Assembly (NCBI GenBank): GCA_951406725.2
Contig: OX597837.1
Span: 12,834,001-12,898,000, forward strand
Length of the DNA stretch: 64,000 nucleotides
DNA from: Octopus vulgaris
Lineage: Eukaryota
Direction of reading: 5' to 3'
In this document: positions 52,316-64,000 of the stretch, one piece after another
How positions within the stretch are numbered: the first letter of the stretch is position 1
Layout: each line of letters opens with the position of its first letter
Program-made: the position numbers and the translations under genes
The notes under the pieces: generated by a model
Database searches by the model: none
What the model saw: the letters and a program-made list of their open reading frames with translations, nothing else
What the model was told of the DNA's origin: nothing

Positions 52316-52993
52316 CTGTACAAACATAACAAAATAAAACATTTATAAGTTTATCAAACTTAATTAAAACAGGAAAAAATAATCATTGAAAACAGTATGA
52401 TAGGCACAGGCATGGCTGCAGTTAAGAAGGTGCCTTTTTAACCATGTGGCTTCAGGTTCAATCCCACTGTGTGGCACCTTGAGCAAGTGTCTTCTTTTAT
52501 TCCTTCTATAAGACCAATACTTTATGAGTGAATTTCGTAGATGGAAACTGTATGAAAGCCTGTTATGTATGTATATATCTCTCTTTACTCTTTTACTCTT
52601 TTACTTGTTTCAGTCATTTGACTGCGGCCATGCTGGAGCACCGCCTTTAGTCGAGGAAATCACACCCCAGGACTTATTCTTTGTAAGCCTAGTACTTATT
52701 CTATCGGTCCCTTTTGCCGAACCGCTAAGTTACAGGGACGTAAACACACCAGCATCGGTTGTCAAGCGATGTTGGAGTTACAAACACAGACACACACACA
52801 TATATATACATATATACGACGGGCTTCTTTCCAGTTTCCGTCTACCAAATCCACTGACAAGGCTTTGGTCGGCCTCAGGCTATAGTAGAAGACTCTTGCC
52901 CAAGGTGCCACGCAGTGGGACTGAACCCGGAACCATGTGGTTGGTAAGCAAGCTACTTACCACACAGCCACCTCTGTGCCACATATGTGTATG

Positions 52994-53040
<47 letters not shown>

Positions 53041-55169
53041 CAATTTAGCTAGGTGTAAAAATCCCCTCAGGGATATTAAGTATCCAAAGAATTTACTGGA
53101 AACAGCTGTAATTTATGAGATGTGTCATTTCGTTTAACGTCCGCTTTCCATGCTAGCATGGGTTGGACAATTTGACTGAGGTCTGGTGAACCAGAGGGCT
53201 GCACCAGACTCCAATCTGATCAGGCAATGTTTTTACAGCTGGATACTCTTCCTAACACCAACCACTCCGAGAGTGTAGTGGAGACTGCAACAACCAAAGC
53301 CTCCATCACGGATCCCTTGTGAACTTTGCAACGGGCGCTTCCATGCAAGAATCGGCCTCGTTAGTCATCAGAGGGATAAGAACAGACAGAGGGGAAGAAG
53401 TGACCAAGATGAGGCCAAATAAATTACTGGACACACGATAAAACGCTGCCGACGACCTAATTAACCCATAATGCATTGATTGGCCCAGGGACATGTGGGA
53501 TGACGTCAGCAGCTGGGGAGCTGACCGGAACTTGGGGTTGACCAGAAGAGGAAGGGGCAGGAGTGCCGTGCGCGCAGACAGGGCAGGACTGGGCCTTTTC
53601 GATCGAGGTAGCCGATGGAGTTGGACATGTGAGCGCTTTGTTAAGGTAGGGGAAAAGCAGCTGCTATTTCTAGCGTTCGGGTCGGGCCACGTGGAAGGGT
53701 GCATTACCACTGGTGAGGTCTCCGTCGACGATGAGAAGGAAGGTGTCCTTATTTCAAATCTCCCGCATACACCACAGGATATAGTAAAAAGACATTTGCC
53801 TGAGGGGCTACCTAGTGGGACTGAACCCAAAGCCACATGATTGCAAAGCAAACTTCTTAACCCTCCCCCCCAGCCATACCTGAGCAGGTGTTTATTAATC
53901 AGTGTATATTGCATCAGGTGCAACAAATATAACATAGTGAAATTGAACATAAAACACGAGATGTTATTTGCTAGACGAGTGTCCCAATTAATCTTATCCA
54001 GAAGGCCACGGTACCCCAGTTAATTATTATCCAAGAGATCAGTGTTCAAGCTGATCTTATCTGATAGAGCCAGCAACCAACTTCAAGTAATGCTAAACGC
54101 ATGAGGTAAATCCTCCACCACCACCACCACCACCACATAAAACACTGACATATTGTTCCTCCTTCGCACCCGTCACCACCACCACCACCACCATGCATAT
54201 GCTTTTCATGCTGGCATGAGTCAAATGGGTTGTAAAATATCAAGTTACTGTTGGTGGAGTATATCACGTGTGTAACAGGGGCATTCCAGAAGTTTTGAGA
54301 CTTTAAAAAAAAATTTTTTTACGAGAAGCAATCACAACTGTCCTAGATTATTATAATTTCAGTACATGTTTATTATACATCTAATAAGCTGACCTGCCAA
54401 CTTTTGATATTCCAGACTGAAGGAGGCTGATGTAACAACACTTTGACTACACCCTATAAACACAGCTTGTCACAACTTTTCACACTACCCCATTTTATCC
54501 TTTTTACTACATTTCCCATCGTTTTTCCTTCGTTTTTCAATCCTCTCCTCTTTCATTCTTAGCTTTTGGTTTCCCCATCGCCAATTGCTTCTTCTCAAGC
54601 ATCACTTCCTCCTTTCACCTGTTCATTCCTCCCAAATTACCTTTACTTCTCTTAGCATCTCACCCCATCTCACCATCCTACTACGGCGCTACCCTGATAT
54701 CTCTTTGTACTGGACCACAACTATGCTGCCCGAGATACATCATCATCAACATCATCGTTTAACGTTCGCTTTCCATGCTAGCATGGGTTGGACGATTTTG
54801 ACTGAGGGCTGGCTGCACTAGGCCCCAATCTTGATGTGGCAGAGTTTCTACAGCTGGATGCCCTTCCTAACACCAACCACTCCGAGAGTGTAGCAGGTGC
54901 TTTTAACGTGCCACCGGCACGGGGGTCAGTCAGGTGGTAATGGCAATGACCTCGCTCGAATCTTTTTACACATGCCCCCAGCACAGGTGCCAGTAAGGTG
55001 ACGCTGGTAATGGTGCCCTTTTATGTGCCACTGGTACGGAAGCTGGTTAGCCGCTCTGTTAACGATCACACTCTTTGCACCCCGCTAGCACGGATGTCCG
55101 CTAGCACATCAATACCTTATAATAAGCATACGGTTTGGAGTTGGTGCAGCAAATGCACACGGAATTATT

Positions 55170-55410
55170 CATGAAGATCTGATGTGAACACGGGCAGAAT
55201 TTGTGCAAAGTTTCATCCCAGGGAGCTCAGTGATAAAAATCCTGATAACTTGGCAGAGATGGGCATCAAAATTGTCCCTCCTCCTCCCTACAGTCCAAAC
55301 CATGCTCCCTATGACTTTTGGTTGTTCCCTAAGCTGAAGAAGAACCCCAGGGACAGATGTTCTGAAGATGAAGGCGGTTGTGGCAAGGGTCCTGGACAAG
55401 GACTGCTGTA
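55170..55410 (+). mobile_element. mariner transposase C-terminal fragment
   Basis: PPPPYSPNHAPYDFWLFPKLKK (YSPDLAP motif). Confidence 0.8.
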
Positions 55411-55455
55411 ATAGTGATGCACAGGGCTCTGTGCAGCCCTTCAATATCTTCTCAC

Positions 55456-55579
55456 CTGTAAGCATTCGACGTAACTCATCGTCCGTACAGGTAGGTAGTG
55501 CATGCCAAAGGAAGACCAATTCAAGAGTGAAAAGTTTGCAAAATTCTTGCGTGACTTGATTGCTCTTCATTTTTTCAGC
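55456..55579 (-). CDS. TTC39C: TTC39C exon (AEKMKSNQVTQEFCKLFTLELVFLWHALPTCTDDELRRMLT)
   Basis: E...LW.ALP.C motif; CAG/GTGAG. Confidence 0.9.
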
Positions 55580-56586
55580 CTGAAAATAGAGAAGGAAAAA
55601 ATTGATTGCAATAAAGAAAAATAATCTCCTAATAAAATAACAAGTGAAGTGTTTTTATATATTTGTCCAAAATCACAGAGTAAGAGTAGGACGGAGTAGG
55701 AGAAAGAGTAGTATAAGTGAAGGGAGAGGAGAGAAAATAGTAATTCAGTGAAGGAGAAGTAGTGAGAGTAATAGCCCTGACTGAGAGAGAGTGAGAGAAA
55801 GTAATAGCAATGCGAGAAAGGAAGGGGTGATAGATGAATAAGGAAGGAAGGGGTGAAAAACAATCAGTGTTTCAACTCTGTGTATGTAAAAGGGAGGTAT
55901 GTGAATGTTTGTGTGTGTGTGTGTGCAATGGAAACGGGATGGTGAATGTTAAATGCTGAAAAGAAAAATCAAACAGTATTTCAACTCTGAGTATATTTGC
56001 GTTCATGTAAGAGGGAAGTATGTGAATGTTTGTATCTGTGATTATTATGTACCTTATTTATATATAAAATACTACAATTAGCTGTCATTTTTGATGGCCC
56101 AGAGTCAGCTAGTAGTAGTAGTAGTAGTAGCAGTAGCAGTAGTAGTAGTAGCAGCAGCAGCAGTAGTAGCAATAGTAGTAACAGTAGCAGCAGTAGTAGT
56201 AGTAGTATTAATAATCATCATCATCATCCACTGGAAGCTGTGTGAAAAGTACGGCCTGAGCAGAGCATGGAAATAGTACGATTGTGAGCCTGACGCACTA
56301 ACCACTGAGCCAACACACATACACTTGAGACAAAGGGAGAGGGAGAGGTAGGGAGGGAGGTAGAAAGCGAGAGAAAGTGAGAGACAGACCCTTTGCCAAA
56401 CAGTGGAGTAACATCCATTAATTAGGAAGGAAATTACGAAGCTAGAATGAAATCAATGTTTCTTGAATTTTGGCTCATAGAAAGTGTAGCTGTGGTACCT
56501 CTGGTGTCTGCCATAAAACAGCTGATAAAAGTAAAAAAAAAAACATTTAAAAAACCATTACTTTAAAAGAAAAAATGGTAACTTAC

Positions 56587-56696
56587 TCGATGTGATGCAA
56601 AGGATTCAATCTGATTGTTCTTGCTACGGACAAGGCTTGGCACATCTTGGAAAATGTTCTGGGCATCCTCAACGTCCCCCAGGGACCCATGACAAA
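56587..56696 (-). CDS. TTC39C: TTC39C exon (VCHGSLGDVEDAQNIFQDVPSLVRSKNNQIESFASHR)
   Basis: KNNQIE.F motif; CAG/GTAAGT. Confidence 0.92.
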
Positions 56697-57537
56697 CTGG
56701 AAGAAAGAATCACAATTTAAGTATCTGCTTCTGTATTACCCACAAGGGGCTAAACACAGAGGGGACAAACAAGGACAGACAAATGGATTAAGTCGATTAC
56801 ATCTACCCCAGTGCGTAACTGGTGCTTAATTTATTGACCCCGAAAGAATGAAAGGCAAAGTCGACCTCAGCGGAATTTGAACTCAGAACGTAACGGCAGG
56901 CGAAATACGGCTACGCATTTCGCCCGGTGTGCTAACGTTTCTGCCAGCTCGCCGCTACAGTTGAAGTATCATGCATTGATAAGGTGTATAGAGGTATGTG
57001 AATGGGGTCAGTTAATCCTTTTAATACTATCCTGGACCTAGGGGGTATATTTTGGGATTTAAAGTGAGCTTTCATTCAAAATTTAAGTTCCAAATATCAG
57101 CTTAATAATGACAAAGGTATTTTTTTTTTTCTAAATTCTTCATTATTTCTGAAATTAATTGAAACAATTTCAGAGAATTTCAAAAGAAATAGGGTAACGA
57201 AGAGGTTAGTTATTAATTAACTGAGATTGAGAGATACACAGACAGACAGACCAAGGTTAACGGAAAGATGGAAAGAGAGAAAGAAATTGGGATGCACAGA
57301 GAGAAGAAATGTGTTGAAAGAAAGAGAATAGAGGAAGAGATGCAGAAGAGACAGAAGAAAATAGAAGGATACAAAGAGAAGAGAATGCAAAAGAGGAAGG
57401 GAAACAGAGAAAGGACAGAGAGATAGAGAGAGAGAAAGTGTGTGAGATAGATAGATAGAGAGAGGGTGTGTGTGTGTAAAAGAGGGGGAAACGGAAGAAA
57501 CAGGTAGAGAAAAATAAAGAAAACAAAACCAACTGAC

Positions 57538-57590
57538 CAGCTAGAAGGTAAGAGTAATAACATTTGGACCATTTGGATTCATCCCGAAGT
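57538..57590 (-). CDS. TTC39C: TTC39C exon (LRDESKWSKCYYSYLLA)
   Basis: ES.WS.CYY.YL motif; CAG/GTCAGT. Confidence 0.9.
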
Positions 57591-57608
57591 CTGAAACAGA
57601 AAGAATAA

Positions 57609-57656
<48 letters not shown>

Positions 57657-57657
<1 letters not shown>

Positions 57658-58320
57658 CATCATCATCATTTAACATACACTTTCCATGCTGGCATGGGTT
57701 GGACGGTTTGACTGAGGACTGGCAAACCAGATGGCTGCACTAGACTCCAATCTTGATCTGGCAGAGTTTCTACAGCTGGACGCCCTTCCTAATGCCAACC
57801 ACTCCAAGAGTGTAGTGGGTGCCTCTATTTGCCACCGGCATGAGGGCCAGTCAGGCGGTACTGGCAATGGCCACACTCAAATGGTGCTTTTTATGTGCCA
57901 CCTGTGCAGGAGCCAGTCCAGCGGCACTGGCAACAACCTTGCTCAATTGTTGTTTTTCAAGTGCCACCGGCACAATTGTCAGTAAGACGACGCTGGGTAC
58001 GATCACGCTTGAATGGTGCTTTTTATGTGCCATCAGCACAGGAGCCAGTCAGTGGCCCTGGTAACGATCACGCTCAGATGGTGCTTTTAACGTTCCACTG
58101 GCATGGTTGCCAGTCAGGCAGTGCTGTCGTTGGCCATGTCAACGAATTTGATTTTGATTTCACTTGCCTCAACAGGTCTTCACAGGCAACGCATAAGTAG
58201 GCTGGTTACACTGCTGGCATAGGCCACGGGTTATGGTCTCACTTGGCCTGCCGGGTCTTCTCAAGCCCAGCACATTTCCAAAGGTCTTGGCCACTAGTCA
58301 TTGTCTCAGTGAGGCCTCAT
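57657..58320 (-). mobile_element. RTE-like LINE 3' end with repeat-rich tail ending in (GAT)n
   Basis: ORF end GLTETMTSGQDLWK...EKTRQAK* followed by the abundant 'ggaagggcatccagctgtagaaac...gttaaatgatgatg' tail. Tail-only copies at ~10065, 15003, 18490, 20280, 24300, 25395, 32582, 54740, 59722. Confidence 0.65.
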
Positions 58321-58413
58321 CCCAAAAAGATGAACAGCAAGTTGACCTTGGCAGAATTTGAACTCAGAACATAACGATGGACAAAATGCTTAGCGACATT
58401 GCCTTCGGTAATA

Positions 58414-58450
<37 letters not shown>

Positions 58451-58814
58451 TAGTAGTCGAACCCATGCCTGCATGAAAAGTGGGTGTTAAATGATGATGA
58501 TGATGACACACACATAAAATACGGTAATAAGCGCAATGGGGTGGGGAGCACCCCATTACCCGTGGCAGAGGAAGAAAACTAAAAATTAGAAAAGAAAAGG
58601 GTTGGGTAGAAATGGTGAGATGAAACAAGCAGGGCGTTGGGTCTACTGAAAGACATGGTATTGGGCCAAGAAGCAAAAATGGATACGACAATCATCACCA
58701 TCACCACTATAATCATCCTGAGCACCACACTGAGGACGATAATGATGACGGCCCTCATCAGGTCTACAAGAAAGAGCAACGAAAGGTAAATAAGATGAAA
58801 TTAGCAAAGCTCAC

Positions 58815-58869
58815 CTTTGGAAAGCATATAAACATTCTGTCCATCTTAGTTTCATCAAGTTGCACCAAC
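58815..58869 (-). CDS. TTC39C: TTC39C exon (WCNLMKLRWTECLYAFQR)
   Basis: TAG/GTGAG, phase 1->2; continues the GWC motif. Confidence 0.85.
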
Positions 58870-60968
58870 CTAAGAGAATAGAATTTAAAAAAAGGGTTTA
58901 TTGATTATCATTGATTAATGGATTAGGGGATTCGTTAGGGCATCAGGAAAAATGCCAGGCAGTTATCTGTTCCAGCTATTTACGTTCTGAGTTCAAACCC
59001 TGCCAGGTTCAACTTCGCCTCTGAACCTTCTAGGGTATCATTCAGAATACTTGCAGAGTGTCGTGCAACAATGCTAGTTCGTTAATATTCTCGTGATTGA
59101 ATACATTTGATTTATATTGTAATTATTAGCTCTAAATGCAAACCCAGAAAACGTTTCCAGTGTGGCAACCAATTTTCTTATTTCTTTATTGCCCTCAGGG
59201 GGCTAAACATAGAGGGGACAAACAAGGACAGACAAACGGATTAAGTCGATTACATCGACCCCAGTGTGTAACTGGTACTTAATTTATCGACCCCAAACAA
59301 ACCCGAGCAACGTCGGGCGATACTGCTAGTATAATAAATACATGTCTGTTTTTAATATAACAGAATGTCAGTATTTGTACGAGAAGGGGCAACAAACTCA
59401 TTACAGTTTATCAAGAATCAAAAGATTAGAAAAATAGGTGATTCCTTAAGATTGGTCAAAGGTCAAACGTTTGAAAAGAAATATTAACTGATTAAACCAG
59501 TGTGTGTATCTGATAAGTACTTTTTTGTTTTTTTGGCATTGTCTAATAAATAACAACTAAGTAATCCTTTTGATAGCAACCTGCCCAAGACTACCTTGGT
59601 CCTGTGGTATGAATTGCTCGTTTTAAAGTAAAACCGTTTAGTGATCTGTATACACACTTGTATATAAGTTAAAAGCCTTCCAAACTATGGTATTTGTCAT
59701 GAGGAAGTATCTCTTACAGATATCATCATCATCATCATCATCGTTTAACGTCTGTTTTCCGTGCTAGCACAGGCTGGACGGTTCGACCGGGATCTGGGAA
59801 GCCAGATGGCTGCACCAGGCTCCAGTCTGATCAGACAAAGTTTCTACAGCTGGATGCCCTTCCTAATGCCAACCACTCTGTGAGTGTAGTGGGTGCTTTT
59901 TACGTGCGACCAGCACAGGTGCCAGTCAAGGCGGCGCTGGCATCAGCCACGTTCAGATGGTGCTTTTTACATGCCACCAGCAAGGTGCCAGGAGAGGCTG
60001 GCAGCAGCCACGATCGGTTGGTGCTTTTTACATGCCACCGGCACAGAGGCAGTCAAGGCGGCGCTGGCATCGGCCACGTTCGGATGGTGCTTTTTACGTG
60101 CCACCGGCACAGGTATCACAACTACAATTTCCATTTGATATTTATTTTGATGTTGATGTACTTGACTCAACAGGTCTCCTCAAGCACAGCAGGTCACATA
60201 CCACCGGCACAGAAGCCAATCAAGGCGGCGCTCACAGAACAATAACAGCAGCCGGAGAAGGTCATCCGGCATTCGTGGTGAAATTGCTGGATCCGATCCA
60301 AGTAACTCACAAAGCAACACTCCTTAGCTGAGTGGGGAGTGACATGGAAGGAGACGGCTTTATACCAAGTGATGCAAAGTTAAACGATTATAGAAGGAGA
60401 GAAGCAGCTGTCTTGCTGGTGAGGAGATATGTGGCCACCCTGGTCAAGTATGGATGTATGGTTCAGAAGGCACAGACTATGGCCATGTGGTTAAGAAGTT
60501 CATTATTTAACCACATGGTTTCAAGTTCAATCCTTCTATGTGGCACCTCAGGAAAATGTCTTCTAGTATATCCCCCATGCCAACCAATGCCTTATGAAGG
60601 AATTTGGAAAGCATAAACTGTAGGATGCCCATTGTGTGTATGTGTGTGTACACAAGTATGTGTGCATGCATGTGTTTGTGCATGTGTGTGTGTTTGTGTT
60701 TGAATGTTTTCAATCTGAGCTACAAACATCATCATTTGTAATTGAGCTACAACTTTTGAGATTTGTTGACATTTCCTGTCAAAATCCTCCACAGTGCTTT
60801 CAAGTTTCTCTGGAATAAAAAGAAAACCCCAAAACAATTGCAACTTGAAACACAGGTCTAGATTACTGACATAAAGTCCTGCCTCAAATAACTACCCACC
60901 TAACCCATGCCAGCATTGAAAAAATAGACATTAAACGAAGGAACAAACAAAGATTACGACTGACTTAC

Positions 60969-61062
60969 CGATTTCGTACAGACACATGAGTTCGATTTCA
61001 CGTTGGCCTGCAGCAACGGTGAGCGCTTGACGATATAGAGATAGGGCTAATTCATTTTCACG
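60969..61062 (-). CDS. TTC39C: TTC39C exon (RENELALSLYRQALTVAAGQREIELMCLYEIG)
   Basis: QREI...CLYEIG motif; CAG/GTAAGT. Confidence 0.92.
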
Positions 61063-61297
61063 CTGAAGAGAGAAACACATTTTTAATGAAGTCACCCATG
61101 GACAAACATAAATATTTGAATTGATTAACGAGAAAGTTGTGGGGAACAACAATAATAATAAATGCAAGAAGGCAATAAAGAAAAATGACTTGATCTGGGA
61201 AAGGATACGATTAGAGAAGCAAGGAGAAAATAGCCAGGGATCTCCTTTGGACGCACACGTATGGACATAGTTATTGGCAGATTAAAAAGAGCATACG

Positions 61298-61438
61298 TTA
61301 TTTACATTTGACGGATATTTGTCCTCATCTTGTTTGTTGTTAACACAACGTTTCGGCTGGTATACCCTCCAGCCTTCATCAGGTGTCTTGAGGAAATTTC
61401 AAACGTGGATTCTCATTCCCAAGGTATTTTTTGATGTA

Positions 61439-61484
<46 letters not shown>

Positions 61485-61875
61485 TCACAGTCTGGAATCG
61501 AACTCGGAATCTTGGGGTTAGTAGCCTGCACTCTTAACCACTATGCCCATGGGCAATTATGGAGTGAATTTTAAGGGCTTATAAATCTAATATTTTCCTA
61601 TCTATCTTTAATACCGGTTCCTATATGCCACTCATATCTGCACTCATTCTGCTTAGGAGGTTGTTGTGTCCTAGCATATCTGCTGCTTCTTTTAGTTTTT
61701 GTATTTTCCAGTGGTGTTCTCTGTCTATTATTTTGACTTCATCCCACAGGGGGAGGTGGTCTCCATTTTTCCATACATGATCAGCTATATTCGATTTATC
61801 AATATCTCCTCATGTCACACAGCTTTGCGATGTTCGTCTACCCTTATTTTGAGTGGGGGGCAGCATGTTTCGGCA
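61298..61875 (-). mobile_element. Penelope-like element 3' remnant: degenerate GIY-YIG, tRNA-like head, (AAT)n, hammerhead
   Basis: Translates (with a frameshift and stops) to ETCCPPLKIRVDEHRKAV/GDIDKSNIADHVWKNGDHLPLWDEVKIIDREHHWKIQKLKEA, typical of a PLE GIY-YIG C-terminus. Confidence 0.8.
61342..61387 (-). ncRNA. Minimal type-I hammerhead ribozyme motif (same family as 269-314)
   Basis: GACAC-CUGAUGA-A-GGCUGG(loop)CCAGCC-GAAA-CG-UU-GUGUU. Confidence 0.78.
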
Positions 61876-62470
61876 TATATCAGTCAATTTGTGGAAGACA
61901 CTGAAGATCAAGTGGAGGATATGAAGACTGCAAGAGAAGATCAGGGCATCTGGTATGGAAGAGTTACTTTGGTCTGGGAAAATAGTTTGACAGGATAAGT
62001 TGATAAAAAAAAGGCTTAAAAATTTTCGTTTATCTCAATAAGTTAGAACCACCAGATGGTTCTGTCCTTGATGTGGCCTGGGGGTTTGTGTGCCTCAGTG
62101 TGCCTGAGAGTCACACCAGTGGACCACAAGCTTCTTGAAGGTCTTCCGATGCCAGTCAAAGGATAAAGTCTTCAACTGAGACTTATTTTATCAACCCCAA
62201 AAGGATGAAAGGCAAAGCCAACCTCAGCAGAATTTGAACTCAGAATGTGAAGACGGATAAAAGACCACTAACCATTAATGCCAGGTGATGCAAGGTTACC
62301 AAACGACAGAGGGACGGGAACAGGTGCAAAGAGGAGATACTGGATTAGCCCAGGTGGGAAAGAAAGAAGATAGCAGTGAACGAGAATGAATGAATAAATA
62401 AATAAATGTAAAACAGAAAAGTAAGTCTTTGTATGTTTTAATCAAAGAAGGAAGCAGTGAAATATCTCAC

Positions 62471-62568
62471 CTTTAGAGTGTGAACTCTCCCTTTGAAGAA
62501 GAGGAAGAGAGAAGAACGTGGGAATTCTTTCTCCCGATTTTTTATTAGCAGTTCTGCATCACAAATAC
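62471..62568 (-). CDS. TTC39C: TTC39C internal exon (ICDAELLIKNREKEFPRSSLFLFFKGRVHTLK)
   Basis: P.SSLF.FFKGR motif of TTC39C; CAG/GTGAG; upstream exons lie outside the window. Confidence 0.88.
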
Positions 62569-64000
62569 CTGGAATAGATATTTAAATATGAAAGATTTAT
62601 TTTTTAGGGAACAAAGAACGAAATATAATGGTAGACACAAAGAAAAACTCACAAAGGCTCAATGAAGAAAATTAATTTCACAGACACAGTCTATGACTTA
62701 GGAAGTGTCTAAGTAAGACTCTGTCTATATCTTTTTAAGACTGACTCATTGTCATTGTTCTATAGTCGCTTTTTTTATCCCCCAAGCTACACAAACTTAC
62801 TGAGGCAGTTTTTCTATGGTTGGATGCTCTTGCTGTCATCAACCCTATCCAGTTTCCATGTAATGTACAATTGTATTTGATGGCATAGAAGACACATTTT
62901 TTTTTCTCCAAAATAATAAGTCAAAGGAAAGAATAAAATCTCCTTGGGTCCTATGTGCAAAGTTGGGGGCTTATATTACATGTCTTAACTCTTTAACATT
63001 TAAACCCGTCATATTCAGACCCAAGGATTCTACTCGTTTTACATCGAAATAGGTCAGATCTAACTTCTCACACCTATCCGACAATGTCATTCAAAAATAG
63101 ACAATTACATTATAGAAATTTCAAAGAAATACAATTAATTAAAGAAAGACATGATTAATTCAAAACAAATCAGAATGAAAAAGCCTTACATTTGACAGAG
63201 AAATCTGAATGGTGAAGGGGTTAAAATGGATTAAAAATCTTTCTGCCCTGAAAATGGGGTGCAATTTTTTTATTATGCCATCAAATATGATACTTATTCC
63301 CGAGCTGTGGAGTCGGAGTCAGAAACAATTAATAATCCTTTCTACTGTAGGCACAAAGCCTAAAATTTGGGAGAGGGGGATAATCAATTACATCGACCCC
63401 CAGTACTCAACTGGTACTTAATTTATCAACACCAAAAGGATGAAAGGCTAAGTCAACCTTGACGGAATTTGAACTCAGAATGTAGCGACAGACGAAATAC
63501 CTATTTCTTTACTACCCACAAGGGGCTAAATACAGAGAGGACAAACAAGGACAGACAAACGGATTAAGTCAATCATATCGACCCCAGTGCGTAACTGGTA
63601 CTTAATTTATAGACCCCGAAAGGATGAAAAGCAAAGTCGACCTTGGCAGAATTTGAACTCAGAACATAACGGCAGACGAAATACGGCTACGCATTTCACC
63701 CGGCGTGCTAACGTTTCTGCCAGCTCACCACCTTAATAATAATAATACCAAAGAAAGCTATAATGTTATAATCTTGGTAAAACTAACCATAGCAAACCTC
63801 ATACGATTAAATAGTGAATATGCCGGAAAGAGACTTCATAAGTAAGTATTGCTAGTTTAGTATTCTGGTAGAGATAAAGGCTTCTAGTAATAGGAAAACG
63901 GTAAGTAGAAGTACTCTCAGAGGTTAAGTGTTTCCTTCAGGAGTAAGTTGTGACTAGTTTGGGGACTGGAATGAGTGAATGAGGTTGTAAGTAACAAAGT

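Overview
AT-rich, microsatellite- and repeat-dense animal genomic DNA. The SINE repertoire and gene structure look like a coleoid cephalopod (Octopus-like), which is an inference. Two minus-strand spliced genes were reconstructed by hand with GT-AG junctions and consistent phases: a complete 14-exon TTLL12 (CDS 35557->8923, 615 aa) and the last 10 coding exons of TTC39C (62568->46354, 5' part beyond the window). Introns and intergenic DNA carry tRNA-derived SINEs, RTE, L1/Tx1 and CRE LINE fragments, Tc1/mariner fragments, TTAA MITEs, a non-autonomous Helitron and many microsatellites. Most ORF-track entries are microsatellite or SINE noise. The most notable non-gene signal is a set of Penelope-like element (PLE) remnants carrying at least six recognisable minimal type-I hammerhead ribozyme motifs in four sequence families. 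One family places a tRNA-like Pol III head, an (AAT)n spacer and a hammerhead directly behind a GIY-YIG coding remnant. Many long fold-back inverted repeats sit next to (AT)n tracts, including a ~745 bp near-perfect palindrome. Repeat boundaries are approximate.
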